Origin: Gemmatimonadota bacterium
GTDB lineage: Bacteria; Desulfobacterota; Deferrimicrobia; Deferrimicrobiales; Deferrimicrobiaceae
DNA length: 58,225 nucleotides
Assembly: GCA_050257455.1 (NCBI GenBank)
Contig: JBLMWX010000164.1
Coordinates: 1 to 58,225, forward strand
Reading direction: 5' to 3'
Shown: positions 26,037-35,607 of the stretch, piece by piece
Numbering within the stretch: position 1 is the stretch's first letter
Layout of the letters: each line of letters starts with the position of its first letter
Notes under the pieces: generated by a model
Database searches by the model: none
Told to the model about the DNA's origin: nothing
Seen by the model: only the letters and a program-made list of their open reading frames with translations
Position numbers and translations under genes: made by a program

Positions 26037-27422
26037 TCAGGCGGCCGCCGGCTTGCGCGCGGCGGTCATCCACAGGTTGTAGGCGAACACCGCGATTCCG
26101 GCGAAGTAGAGCGCACCTCCGACGAAACGGATCGTCCAGTACGGGTAGAGGGCCGCCACGGAATCGAGGAAGGTGTACGCGAGGGAGCCGTCCGGGGACG
26201 TCGCCTTCCACATCGCTCCCTGCACGATCCCCCCGATCCAGAGGGTCACGGTGAAGATCAGCTGCCCGAACAGGATCAGCCAGAAGTGGACGTTCGCCAG
26301 CCGGACGCTGTAGAGTTCCCGGCCCGTTCCCTTCGTGGCGATGTAGTAGAGGGACGCCGAGATGGTCATCGTCACCCATCCCATCGTGCCCATGTGGACG
26401 TGCCCGACGACCCACTCCGTGTAATGCAGGAAGCCGGTGAGCGACCGCAGGGCCTGGGTCGGGCCCTGGACCGTCTGCAGGCCGTAGAAGGTGATCCCGA
26501 GGACGAAGAACTTCGCGAGGTAGTTGGAGCGCATCTGCTCCCAGTTCCCGTTCATGGTGTAGTACCCGTTGACGACCGAGGCCCACGACGGCGCGATCAG
26601 GAAGATGCTGAACGCGAGCGCGACCGTCTGGATCCACTCGGGGAGCGGCGTCAGCATCAGGTGATGGGCGCCGGTCCAGAGGTAGCCGAAGACGAGGGAC
26701 CAGAAGGCGATGATCGAGAGCCGGTGGCTGTAGATCGGGATCCCGGTCGACTTCGGGAGGAAGTAGTAGAACATCGCGAGGATCGGGAAGGTGAAGACCG
26801 ACGCTACGGCGTTGTGCCCGAACCACCACTGCACGTTGGCGTCGTTCACGCCGGCGTACGCCGAGTACGACTTGAACGGGGTCACCGGGAACTCGAGGTT
26901 GTTCAGGATGTAGACGACGGCGACGGTCACCACGCACGCGATGATGAACCACAGGGAGATGTACATCTGCTTCTCCCGCCGCCTGACGAGGGTCCCGAGG
27001 ACGTTGGCCGCGAACATGATCCAGAGGGCCGCGACCACGATGTCGAGCGGCCACTCGAGCTCCGCGTACTCCTTCGACGTGTTCATCCCGGCGAAGAGGG
27101 AGATCGCGGCCACGACGATCGCCGCGTTGAACAGGTAGAGATGCGCCTTCGCCAGGCGGGGAAACGCGAGCGGGACGCGGGCGAGTCGCTCGAGCATGAA
27201 ATAGGAGCAGGCGAAGATCCCGGCCAGGGCGAACCCGTAGACGAGCCCGTTCGTGTGGACGACGCGGAGCCGTCCGAAGGACAGCCACGGCGTCAGGTTC
27301 AGGGCGGGGGCGAACATCTCCGCCGCCAGCCAGAGCCCGACGACGAGCCCGACGATGAGCCAGACCATCGCGGAGAGGAGGAATCCCTTCACGATGAAGT
27401 CGTTCCTGTCGCCGTGATTCAT
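26037..27422 (-). CDS. ccoN: cbb3 oxidase catalytic subunit I CcoN
   Basis: Start MNHGDRNDFIVKGF (ATG 27422, codon 101 of the tracked ORF). WWFGHNAV, WTGAHHL, GHVHMGTMGWV. Confidence 0.9.
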   Translation of the reverse strand: MNHGDRNDFIVKGFLLSAMVWLIVGLVVGLWLAAEMFAPALNLTPWLSFGRLRVVHTNGLVYGFALAGIFACSYFMLERLARVPLAFPRLAKAHLYLFNAAIVVAAISLFAGMNTSKEYAELEWPLDIVVAALWIMFAANVLGTLVRRREKQMYISLWFIIACVVTVAVVYILNNLEFPVTPFKSYSAYAGVNDANVQWWFGHNAVASVFTFPILAMFYYFLPKSTGIPIYSHRLSIIAFWSLVFGYLWTGAHHLMLTPLPEWIQTVALAFSIFLIAPSWASVVNGYYTMNGNWEQMRSNYLAKFFVLGITFYGLQTVQGPTQALRSLTGFLHYTEWVVGHVHMGTMGWVTMTISASLYYIATKGTGRELYSVRLANVHFWLILFGQLIFTVTLWIGGIVQGAMWKATSPDGSLAYTFLDSVAALYPYWTIRFVGGALYFAGIAVFAYNLWMTAARKPAAA

Positions 27423-27669
27423 GATCCGTCTCCAGGTTCTCGCGGTTTCGCCCGAGACCGCGAAGCGGGGTCCGCGGCGTCGGGCGCGGGGGTTCCGGAA
27501 ACAATTATCGCTAATCTTCCCGGCGTTTTCAGCCGAAAAGAACGCACGGGACTCTGGCCGGCGTCGAAGCCGGTCGCGCGGGCCCGGAGGATCGTTGCCG
27601 CTCATCGCCAAAGCCGTCACCGCCTTGCTCCAGTTCGCGGCCGTGATCCTTTCCGTCAGGTTCGTGGTC

Positions 27670-30381
27670 ATGAAGCGTCTCGGGTACCACTGGCTTCTCG
27701 TGTCCGCGGCCCTCGCCTTCATGGGGTTCGTCGGGGTCGCGGAGATCCCCGTTGCCCCTGTCTTGCAGACGGCGGCGGACCACCGGTCTCCCTACGCGAT
27801 CCACGACGCGATCGAGCTCGCGATCTCGCTCCTGCTTGCGGCGGGATTCGTCCTCACGGAGCGCTGGTTCCTCCTCAAGGAGCGCCTCGAGGGGCGCTTC
27901 CGCCTGATCGCCGAGGTGGACCGGTCGCTCGTCGGCCTCCTCGACGAGGAGAAGATCCTGTCCGAGGTCTGCGACGGGATGACCCGGGGACGGGAATACC
28001 GTCTCGCGTGGATCGGCCGCGCGGCGCCCGGCGGCTCCGTCGAGGTCGTCCGGAGCGCCGGCGACGGGCAGGGGCTCCTGGCGAAGATCGACGTCCGCTG
28101 GGACGAATCGCCGGAAGGCCGGGGGCCCGCGGGGAGCTGCCTGAGGACGGGCGAGGCCTGCGTCGTCGACAGGATCGGCGAGGACCCCCGGATGGCGGAA
28201 GGGGAAGCCGCCGCCGCGGCGTTCGGGCTTCGGAGCTGCGCGTCCGTTCGGGTGGATGTCGGCGGCGGCCCGCCGACGGTCCTCACGCTGTACAGCGCGA
28301 AGCGCAACGCGTTCGATGCCGTGGAGATGGGAGCGATCTCGGCGCTGGCGGGGCGCCTGGGCGCGGCCGTCGTCGGAGCCCGGCGCCACGCTCTCTTCGT
28401 TTCCGCCAAGAACGCGTACGACGATCTGCTGAGGACCCAGCGGGACGGGATCATCTGCGTGCGAGGGGGAAAGATCGTCCGCGTCAACCCGGCGGCGGTC
28501 TCGATCCTCGGCTACAACGACGCGACGGGCCTGCTGGGGGGGGACCCGGCCGTGATCCTCGACGACCCCGACGGCGATCCGGATGTCCGGTCGCTGCTGC
28601 GACGCGGCGACCCCGGGGCCGGGCGGTTCGCCTGCGAGGCCGTCGTCCGCCGGGGGAACGGGGGGACGTTCGTCGCGGAGATCGCCGCCACCTGGCTGCC
28701 GCGGCCCGACGGGCTTCGGGCGGAGGGGCCGTCGGGCTGGACGCCCGAGATGCAGGGCCCCCTGGGGATGTTCGTCATCCGGGACATCACCCGGCGGAAG
28801 GAAGCCATGGAGGACCTCCGCGGGGAGCGCGATCTCCGGGGAAAGATCCTCGGCATCGTCGGGGCGCTCGTCGTGCAGCTCGGCCCCGAAGGGGAGATCC
28901 TGCTCGTCAACCGCCAGTGCGAGGAGGTCACGGGTTACCGCGCGGGCGAGCTGGCCGGGCGGCGGTGGGAGGACGTCCTTCTCCCGGCGTCGGCCCGCTC
29001 CCCGTTCCGGGTCGCGTTCGCGAACGCCCTGGCGGGGGGGATCCCCGCCAACGTCGAGTACCCCCTGCTCACGAAATCGGGCGAGACGCGGCTGGTCGCC
29101 TGGAGCCACGCCGCGGTTGCCGGGCCGGCCGGAAAGGCCCGCTCGGTCATTGCCGCGGGAATCGATTTCACGGACCGGCGGCGCCTGGAGGAACAGGTCG
29201 TCGGGATGCAGAAGATGGAGGCGGTCGGAACGCTCGCGGGCGGGATCGCGCACGACTTCAACAACATCCTCACGGGAATCCTGGGCAACCTCGACATCGC
29301 ACGGAAGGCGCTGCCGGACGGGGTGCCGGCCTCGGAGGCCGTGCACGAGGCGATCCGGGCGTCGGAGCGCGCCGCCGTGCTCATCCGCCAGCTCCTCGAA
29401 TTCTCGCGGCGCTCGCCCCTGGAGCGGCGGGCGGTGGACGTCGCGAAGGTCCTCCGGGAGGTCGTTCACCTGTTTTCCCAGACGATCGACCGGCGGATCG
29501 CGGTCGGCTGGACGGCGCCGGACGACCTGTGGCTCGCGGCGGCGGACGTCAACCAGACGCACCAGGTCCTGATGAACCTCTGCGTCAACGCGCGGGACGC
29601 CGTTCTCGAGCGGCTCGAGGCCGGCGGCGGGAACGACGCGCCTCCGGGCGGCTACGCGATCCGGCTCGCGGCGGAGAGCGCCGTGGTCGGCGACGCCTAT
29701 TGCCGGGCGCACAAGTACGCGCGCCCCGGGGAATACGTGCTCCTGACGGTGTCCGACAACGGGACCGGGATGGACGAGGCGACGCAGCGGCGGGTCTTCG
29801 AGCCCTTCTTCACGACGAAGAAGCTCGGGCGGGGGACGGGCCTCGGCCTCTCGACGGTCTACGGGATCGTCAAGCAGCACGACGGGTGGATCAACATGGA
29901 AAGCGCGCCCGGGAAGGGCACCGTGTTCTCGGTGTACCTTCCGAGGGCCGTCGCGGCGACCGCCGCCGACGCCTCTTCCGAGGACGCGCCGGCGGTCCGC
30001 GCCGGGCGGGAGCGGATCCTCTTCGTCGACGACGAGGAGATGATCCGGAATCTCGGCCGCAGGATCCTCGAACGGGACGGGTACACGGTGGTCACGGCGT
30101 CGGACGGCCGCGAGGCGCTCGACATCTTCGCGAGCGAGCGGGCCGCGCTGGACATCGTCATCCTCGACATGACGATGCCTCTGCTGTCGGGCCTCGAGGT
30201 CCTCGAGCGGATGCGGGCCCTGGACCCCGGCGTCCGGGTGATCCTCTCCAGCGGGTATCCCGTCGAGAGCGGGTACGCCGGCTCCATCGGGGCGCGGCCC
30301 GCCGCGTTCCTCCAGAAGCCTTATCGACCGGAGGCGCTGTCGCGGCTGGTGCGCGACGTCCTGGACGGCCGGTCCTCCTGA
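27670..30381 (+). CDS. Hybrid sensor histidine kinase (TM, GAF, PAS, PAS, HisKA, HATPase, REC)
   Basis: HisKA GGIAHDFNNILTGILG, HATPase GTGLGLSTVYGIVKQHDG, receiver ILFVDDEE..VILDMTMP. The start was taken at MKRLGYHW. An upstream TTG at 27595 after GGAGGA is an alternative. Confidence 0.8.
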   Translation: MKRLGYHWLLVSAALAFMGFVGVAEIPVAPVLQTAADHRSPYAIHDAIELAISLLLAAGFVLTERWFLLKERLEGRFRLIAEVDRSLVGLLDEEKILSEVCDGMTRGREYRLAWIGRAAPGGSVEVVRSAGDGQGLLAKIDVRWDESPEGRGPAGSCLRTGEACVVDRIGEDPRMAEGEAAAAAFGLRSCASVRVDVGGGPPTVLTLYSAKRNAFDAVEMGAISALAGRLGAAVVGARRHALFVSAKNAYDDLLRTQRDGIICVRGGKIVRVNPAAVSILGYNDATGLLGGDPAVILDDPDGDPDVRSLLRRGDPGAGRFACEAVVRRGNGGTFVAEIAATWLPRPDGLRAEGPSGWTPEMQGPLGMFVIRDITRRKEAMEDLRGERDLRGKILGIVGALVVQLGPEGEILLVNRQCEEVTGYRAGELAGRRWEDVLLPASARSPFRVAFANALAGGIPANVEYPLLTKSGETRLVAWSHAAVAGPAGKARSVIAAGIDFTDRRRLEEQVVGMQKMEAVGTLAGGIAHDFNNILTGILGNLDIARKALPDGVPASEAVHEAIRASERAAVLIRQLLEFSRRSPLERRAVDVAKVLREVVHLFSQTIDRRIAVGWTAPDDLWLAAADVNQTHQVLMNLCVNARDAVLERLEAGGGNDAPPGGYAIRLAAESAVVGDAYCRAHKYARPGEYVLLTVSDNGTGMDEATQRRVFEPFFTTKKLGRGTGLGLSTVYGIVKQHDGWINMESAPGKGTVFSVYLPRAVAATAADASSEDAPAVRAGRERILFVDDEEMIRNLGRRILERDGYTVVTASDGREALDIFASERAALDIVILDMTMPLLSGLEVLERMRALDPGVRVILSSGYPVESGYAGSIGARPAAFLQKPYRPEALSRLVRDVLDGRSS

Positions 30382-30386
30382 AACAG

Positions 30387-30411
30387 GTTCAGGGACGTTC
30401 CGGAACTTTTC
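30387..30411 (-). repeat. Copy B of the 25-nt junction motif (GAAAAGTTCCGGAACGTCCCTGAAC)
   Basis: One mismatch to copy A (3296-3320). It fills the 28-nt gap between the convergent kinase stop (30379-30381) and the LOG stop (30410-30412). Confidence 0.7.
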
Positions 30412-31387
30412 AGTCGGCCTCGCGGTTGAGGGCGTCGATCAGGAGCCGGAGCCGCCCGAAGCTCTTCCGGTCGAACCGGAAGACGAGGCGCGGGAGGCGG
30501 GCAAGGTCCGGTTCGTCCGTCTCGCCGGGAAGGCCTCCGCCGAGCCGGAAGGTTCCCGACGCGAGGATGTCGGCGAACTCCTGCCGGATCCGCGCGAGCG
30601 CCGCGTCCGAGATCGGCCTTGCGAGGCGGATCACCAGGTCCTTTCCCACGGACCGGGCGCTGTGGAAGACGCGGTAGAACCCGGTGATCTCCGCGGCGGC
30701 CGACCCGGCGTCGTCCGTCACGCGGAACAGGGCGAGGTCCTCCGGAGAGACGAGGCCCCGCCGGAGAATCTCCTCCTCGACGAACGCGAGCCACTTCCGC
30801 CAGTAGTTTCCGCCGGGCTCGTCCACGAGCACGATGGGGATCGGGCGGCTCTTCCCGGTCTGGACGAGCGTCAGGACCTCGAACGACTCGTCCAGGGTGC
30901 CGAAGCCGCCGGGGAACAGGGCCACGCCGTCCGCCTCCTTGACGAAGAGGAGCTTTCGCGTGAAGAAGTATTTGACGTGGACGAGGTTCGCGCCCCCCGC
31001 GACGACCCGGTTGGGGGGCTGCTCGAAGGGGAGCAGGATGTTGATTCCCATCGAGAGGTCCTCGCCTGCCCCGAGATGCGCCGCCTCCATGATGCCGCTG
31101 CCGCCGCCGGTGACGACCATCCATCCGCGCCGGGCCATTTCCCTGCCGAACGCGACCGCCTGGCGGTAGGACGGGGAGCCGGGGGCGCACCGGGCGGAGC
31201 CGAACACCGTGACCTTGCGATAGCTCCGCAGTCCCGCGAACACGCGGAACGAGTGCCTCATCTCCCGCATCGCGCGCGCGAGGAGCTTGATGTCGCCCCG
31301 GTCCGCCCCGTCCGCGGACAGCCGGTCCACGGTCCGGTGCATCTCCGCGATGAGCTCGTCCGCGCTCACTTTCCGGCCGCTTCCCAT
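30410..31387 (-). CDS. LOG-family (TIGR00730-like) nucleotide phosphoribohydrolase with a ~90-aa C-terminal extension
   Basis: VTVFGSAR, VVTGGGSGIMEAA, PGGFGTLDE. Confidence 0.8.
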   Translation of the reverse strand: MGSGRKVSADELIAEMHRTVDRLSADGADRGDIKLLARAMREMRHSFRVFAGLRSYRKVTVFGSARCAPGSPSYRQAVAFGREMARRGWMVVTGGGSGIMEAAHLGAGEDLSMGINILLPFEQPPNRVVAGGANLVHVKYFFTRKLLFVKEADGVALFPGGFGTLDESFEVLTLVQTGKSRPIPIVLVDEPGGNYWRKWLAFVEEEILRRGLVSPEDLALFRVTDDAGSAAAEITGFYRVFHSARSVGKDLVIRLARPISDAALARIRQEFADILASGTFRLGGGLPGETDEPDLARLPRLVFRFDRKSFGRLRLLIDALNREAD

Positions 31388-31444
31388 GACCTAGTCGATG
31401 CGGCAAGGGGCCGCCGCGTTGCCGCGCGCGGCCCGGCCGGCGTC

Positions 31445-32155
31445 TCAGGCGGGGCGGTCGGAGCGCGGGGGCGCTTCGCGTCCTTCGAGGGCGGAGGCGA
31501 TCGCGGCGCGGACGACGTACCCGGACAGGTGCATGATCGTGTCCCGAAGGTCCGGGTCGATTTCCATCGATGCGAGGCACGGATGGTGGTGGTGGCGCAG
31601 GGCGCCCGCGTCGGGCGCCTCTGCGACCCGGGTTCCGGGAAGGACCGACGCGACGAAGCGGGCCGCGCCGCACGGCGCATCGCGCAGCACCGCGGCGGAG
31701 GCGACGCGGTCCCCTTCGCGCCGGATCGCGAAACGGGGGCGGCCGAACGATCCGGCGAAGGCTTCGAGGAACGGGTGCGGCCCGCCGCCGAACCCGCACA
31801 GCGGCCGGGGGAAGGAGCAGGCGATTCCCAGCGCCGCCAGTCGCTTCCGGATCTGGTTCTCCAGCCCCGGGGGGCAGGCCACGCGGTCGTCCACCGCGGC
31901 CAGGACGGCGGCGGCGCCGCACGCTTCGGCGATGTCCGGGATCAGGTCGGCGGCTCCGGCGGTCTCGTGGAGCGACACGAGGAGGTCCGCGCCCGGGATC
32001 GTCGCCGGGAGGACGGCGGCGGGGTCGTCGATCACCGCGGGCAGCCGGCCGGGAAGGGCGAGGAGGGCCGTCTCCCACGCCGCGGGCCCGTTCGCGCGGA
32101 CGTTGGCGGCGATGCGTTCCCCGTATCGTCCCTGGACCGAGAAGAGGATCCTCAT
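31445..32155 (-). CDS. DUF166-family protein
   Basis: Start MRILFSVQGRYGERI (ATG 32155 overlaps the cooC stop, ATGA). Cys-containing motifs VACPPG, PLCGFGGG, APCGAA, HHPCLASM. The family was recalled from memory. Confidence 0.6.
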   Translation of the reverse strand: MRILFSVQGRYGERIAANVRANGPAAWETALLALPGRLPAVIDDPAAVLPATIPGADLLVSLHETAGAADLIPDIAEACGAAAVLAAVDDRVACPPGLENQIRKRLAALGIACSFPRPLCGFGGGPHPFLEAFAGSFGRPRFAIRREGDRVASAAVLRDAPCGAARFVASVLPGTRVAEAPDAGALRHHHHPCLASMEIDPDLRDTIMHLSGYVVRAAIASALEGREAPPRSDRPA

Positions 32156-32901
32156 CGCGACGGGCCCGACAGCAGGGCTTCCACCCCGCGCGCGACGGCG
32201 CCGGCGGCGGGAGAGGCGCCCGGAAGATCGAGAAAGGAGCGGCCGGCGGCCTCCCACCCGGCCAGGGACGGGTCGTGCGGCACCTCGGCCAGAAGCGGCG
32301 CCGGGAGTGCCTCGGCGGGGACGCGCTCCCCGCGGGCGTAGGGCCGGTTGACGAGAAGCCACGTCCGTCCCAGGGGAAGCGCCAGCGAGACGGCGAGATC
32401 GGCGATCGCCCGCGCGGTGGCCATGCCCCGGGGGGACGGGTCCGCGACGAGGACGAGGTGGTCGATGACCCTCAGGTTCCGGCGCGAGAGGTGTTCCATC
32501 CCGGCCTCGTTGTCGACGACGACCGCCCGGTAGCTGCCGGCGAGCCGCGACAGCGACCGGCGCAGGAGGTTGTTGACGTAGCAGTAGCAGCCGGGCCCCT
32601 CGCCGCGACCCATCGTGACGAGATCGACGTCCTCCCCCTCGGACACCCGCTGCTGGACCGCGGCCTCGAGAAGCTCCTCCTTCGGCGCGCCTCCCGCCGG
32701 GGCGGCGAGCAGGTCCTCCCGGAGCGACCCGAGCCCCGCGGGCCGCTCCAGGCCGAGAAGCAGGTGAAGGTTCGCGTTGGGATCCGCGTCGACCGCGAGA
32801 AGCGGGCGCACCCCGGCCGAGGCGAGCCCGCGCAGGATCAGGGCGGCGCATGTCGTCTTGCCGACGCCTCCCTTTCCCGCGACGGCGATCATCGTTGTCA
32901 T
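32152..32901 (-). CDS. cooC: CooC/AcsF-type Ni-insertion ATPase
   Basis: Deviant Walker A AGKGGVGKTT and the CooC signature CYCYV (CxC). The ATG overlaps the upstream stop (ATGA). Confidence 0.85.
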   Translation of the reverse strand: MTTMIAVAGKGGVGKTTCAALILRGLASAGVRPLLAVDADPNANLHLLLGLERPAGLGSLREDLLAAPAGGAPKEELLEAAVQQRVSEGEDVDLVTMGRGEGPGCYCYVNNLLRRSLSRLAGSYRAVVVDNEAGMEHLSRRNLRVIDHLVLVADPSPRGMATARAIADLAVSLALPLGRTWLLVNRPYARGERVPAEALPAPLLAEVPHDPSLAGWEAAGRSFLDLPGASPAAGAVARGVEALLSGPSR

Positions 32902-33941
32902 CCGGCCGCTCCCCGGTGCCTCGCGCCCAGGACCGACGACACCTCGGCCGTCAGCAGGGTCGCCCGCTCCGCCTCCTCCTCCGAGAGCGTCCCGAGCCCG
33001 CACGCGGGGGTGACGAAGGCCGCCCGCGCCAGCGCCCCGCGGCGAATTCCCCTGGCCTCGAAACGGTCGAAGATCGCTTCCATCCGGTCCGCGAGCGTCC
33101 CGGGAGTCTCGCGCGCGATTCCTTCCGCGGTGGTCGGCACGATGCCGAAGGCGATCCTTCCCCCGCGGCCGAGGAACTCCTTCACTTCCGCCGAATAGAG
33201 GACCAGGGCGTCGGCGTAGTCGTACGCGTCGAACGAGAGGTACCGGACGCCCGTGGAGAGCACGAGTCCCCAGTCCGTGTTCGCGCAGCAGTGGATGCCG
33301 CAGAGCACGCCGGGAAGCCCGTCGAAGATCTCGTTCAGCGCCGCGACGACCTCTTCGCGGGACAGCGAGAGGATCGCGGATCCGACCGAGGCGAGGTACG
33401 GCTCGTCCAGCACGAGAATCACGTTCGGGGACAGGCGGGAGAGCGCGCCGGCCTGCCACTGGGCGACCCGGAGGAGATGCTTGACCAGGACGTCGCGCCC
33501 GACGGGATCGTAGAACAGCGGCTTCTTCTCCCGGTCCGTGACCGTCAGGCCGAAGGAGATCGGCCCCGTCACCTGGCCCTTGACGGCGAGGCAAGGGGTG
33601 CGCCCGGCCGCGAGGAGGGCGTGGAGGCCGGCCGCTCGCTCCGCCGGGATGAAGAACGCGGCCGGGTCTCCGGACAGGAACCGCTCGTAGAACGATTCCG
33701 CCTCCACGATCATCCGGTCCCCGCCCTCGACGCAGAGCCGTTCCCCGTCGAGGGCCGCCGCCGGAAGTCCGGACGCGAACTGGACGTACATGCTCTCGAG
33801 AAACGTCCGGCGCGGGAGCTGCGGCCAGTACGGAACGTCCGGGAGCGCGGCGAGGACCGCCTTCACGGCCGCGGCCGGCTCGCGGTGCGGGAGGCTGCCG
33901 ACCCCGGTCGCGGGAAACATGACGGGAAGGGTGATCGTCAT
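32898..33941 (-). CDS. Core-MetE-like Zn methyltransferase (catalytic half of cobalamin-independent methionine synthase only)
   Basis: 347 aa. GIHCCAN gives an HxC Zn-ligand pattern, and FVTPACGLGT resembles MetE PDCGLK. There is no N-terminal MetE half. Confidence 0.6.
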   Translation of the reverse strand: MTITLPVMFPATGVGSLPHREPAAAVKAVLAALPDVPYWPQLPRRTFLESMYVQFASGLPAAALDGERLCVEGGDRMIVEAESFYERFLSGDPAAFFIPAERAAGLHALLAAGRTPCLAVKGQVTGPISFGLTVTDREKKPLFYDPVGRDVLVKHLLRVAQWQAGALSRLSPNVILVLDEPYLASVGSAILSLSREEVVAALNEIFDGLPGVLCGIHCCANTDWGLVLSTGVRYLSFDAYDYADALVLYSAEVKEFLGRGGRIAFGIVPTTAEGIARETPGTLADRMEAIFDRFEARGIRRGALARAAFVTPACGLGTLSEEEAERATLLTAEVSSVLGARHRGAAG

Positions 33942-33942
33942 C

Positions 33943-35607
33943 TCAAGTCTCCGCCGCGAGCGCCGCCCGGTAGCGTTCCGGATCCGTGTGGGGGATGAAC
34001 AGGGCGCGCTGGTACGCCTCCATGAAGCCGGCGTCCGACGACAGGTCGTGGTACGAGGTCGCCGCGGCGAGCCCCACCGCGTCCTGCCAGCGTTTCCGGC
34101 TCCGCACCGCCCCGATTGCGCCGGCGAGCGAGGCGTTGCCGAGGGGGATGAAGCGCGATACGGGGTACGGCGGGAAGAGGCCCAGGTCGAGGGCGGCGCG
34201 GAGGTCGATGAAGTTGCCGAACCCCCCGGCGACGTAGACCCGCCCGACGCTCTCCCGGGGGAGCCCGACCGCCGCGATCAGGGAATCCGCCGCCGCGCAG
34301 AGGGCCGCCTTCGTGCGCAGGACGCTTTTCAGGTCGGACGCGGTGAAGGCGAGGTCGGCGGGCGGGCCGCCCGGCGCGCCTTTCGCGACGAGGAACGCCG
34401 TCCCCCGCCCGGTCTCGACGAACGGGGCGCCGGGACGGACGACGAAACGGCCGGCCCGGTCGACGAGCCCCGCGCGGAACAGCTCGGCGCACAGGTCGAG
34501 GATTCCCGAACCGCAGATGCCCAGGGGCGGACCCCCGCCGATCACCGTCCACTCCGCGGCGAACGTCCGGCGGTCGATCCGCACCGACTCGATGGCCCCC
34601 GGAGACGCGCGCATCCCGCACGCCACCTCGCCGCCCTCGAAGGCCGGGCCCGCCGAGGAGGAACACGCGACGCGGAAGTCCCGGCTGCCGAGGACGACCT
34701 CGCCGTTGGTCCCGACGTCGAACAGCAGCGAGATTTCCTCGTCCCGGTGCATCCCGGACGCAAGGATCCCCGCGACCACGTCGCCCCCGACGAATCCCCC
34801 GATGGACGGGAAGATCCGCCACCGGGAGCCCGGCAGGTCCTTGACGCCCAACTCCGCCCCGTTCTTCACGGGGTATTCCCGGAGCACGGGCCGGTGCGGC
34901 GGGCGGCGGATGGGAGCCGGGGACAGGCCGAACAGGATGTGGGAGAGGACGGTGTTCCCGGCGGCCGTCACCTCGACTACGCGTCCGCCGGCGGGGGCCG
35001 ACTCGATGAGCCCGGACAGGACCGAATCGATCCCGCGGACGAGGAGTCGCCGCAGGATCTCGAAGCCGTCCCGTGTCTCCTCGCCGAACACGATCCGGGA
35101 GATGAGGTCTTCGCCGCACGCCATCTGGGGATTGTCGCCGGACGCGCGGGCGACGACGGCGCCGTCCGACAGGTCGACGAGAGCCGCCGCCAGCGTGCTC
35201 GTGCCGAGGTCGAGGGCGATCCCGAGAGGTCTTCCGGCCTGCGATGCCTCGTAGAGCGGCGCGAACGGACCGTCCGCCGCCATGTCCTTTCCTTCGATGT
35301 AAGCGGCGAGGCGCGCGGGCCGGCTCCCCGGGGGCACCGTGACGGTCACGCCGCCCGAGAGCGGGAGGCAGCGGCAGGCGAGGCGCGTTCCGTTCCGGCG
35401 CTCGTCCGCGGAGAGCACGCCCGGATCGTCCCCCCCCTGCGTCCGGCCCGCGACGACGACCCGGCATTTTCCGCAGCGGCCTTCGCCCCCGCACGGGGCG
35501 ACCAGCGGGACGCCGGCCTTCCTCGCGTGGGCGAGGACCGTCTCGCCGGGCGACAGGCGAGCCTCGGCCCCCTCGGGGAGGAAGCGGAGAGAGCCGGGGC
35601 TATTCAT
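33943..35607 (-). CDS. Reductive activator of corrinoid Fe-S protein (RACo/AcsV): 2Fe-2S ferredoxin plus ASKHA ATPase
   Basis: Start MNSPGSLRFLPEG (ATG 35607). CGGEGRCGKCRV plant-type ferredoxin motif. LDLGTST and FDVGTNGE ASKHA motifs. Confidence 0.85.
   Translation of the reverse strand: MNSPGSLRFLPEGAEARLSPGETVLAHARKAGVPLVAPCGGEGRCGKCRVVVAGRTQGGDDPGVLSADERRNGTRLACRCLPLSGGVTVTVPPGSRPARLAAYIEGKDMAADGPFAPLYEASQAGRPLGIALDLGTSTLAAALVDLSDGAVVARASGDNPQMACGEDLISRIVFGEETRDGFEILRRLLVRGIDSVLSGLIESAPAGGRVVEVTAAGNTVLSHILFGLSPAPIRRPPHRPVLREYPVKNGAELGVKDLPGSRWRIFPSIGGFVGGDVVAGILASGMHRDEEISLLFDVGTNGEVVLGSRDFRVACSSSAGPAFEGGEVACGMRASPGAIESVRIDRRTFAAEWTVIGGGPPLGICGSGILDLCAELFRAGLVDRAGRFVVRPGAPFVETGRGTAFLVAKGAPGGPPADLAFTASDLKSVLRTKAALCAAADSLIAAVGLPRESVGRVYVAGGFGNFIDLRAALDLGLFPPYPVSRFIPLGNASLAGAIGAVRSRKRWQDAVGLAAATSYHDLSSDAGFMEAYQRALFIPHTDPERYRAALAAET

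Noticed and set aside
27423-27669. A possible FNR/CRP-type box or sigma-70 promoter (CTGAAA-N17-GATAAT on the minus strand, ATTA-TCGC-TAAT palindrome) upstream of ccoN
   Set aside because: There is no TTGAT-N4-ATCAA match, and the hexamer matches are weak (4/6 and 5/6). This is too speculative to list as a feature.
25245-30677. Giant 1810-aa ORF on the plus strand, and similar long ORFs such as 652-1692(-), 1172-2662(-), 3254-4750(+), 5715-8045(-), 5909-8380(+), 12285-14789(-), 27529-29880(-), 37623-40034(+) and 40277-42367(-)
   Set aside because: Their products are Arg/Pro/Gly/Asp-rich low-complexity strings with no recognisable motifs. They lie antisense to, or out of frame with, genes that have clear family signatures. 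Long stop-free frames are expected in DNA this GC-rich.
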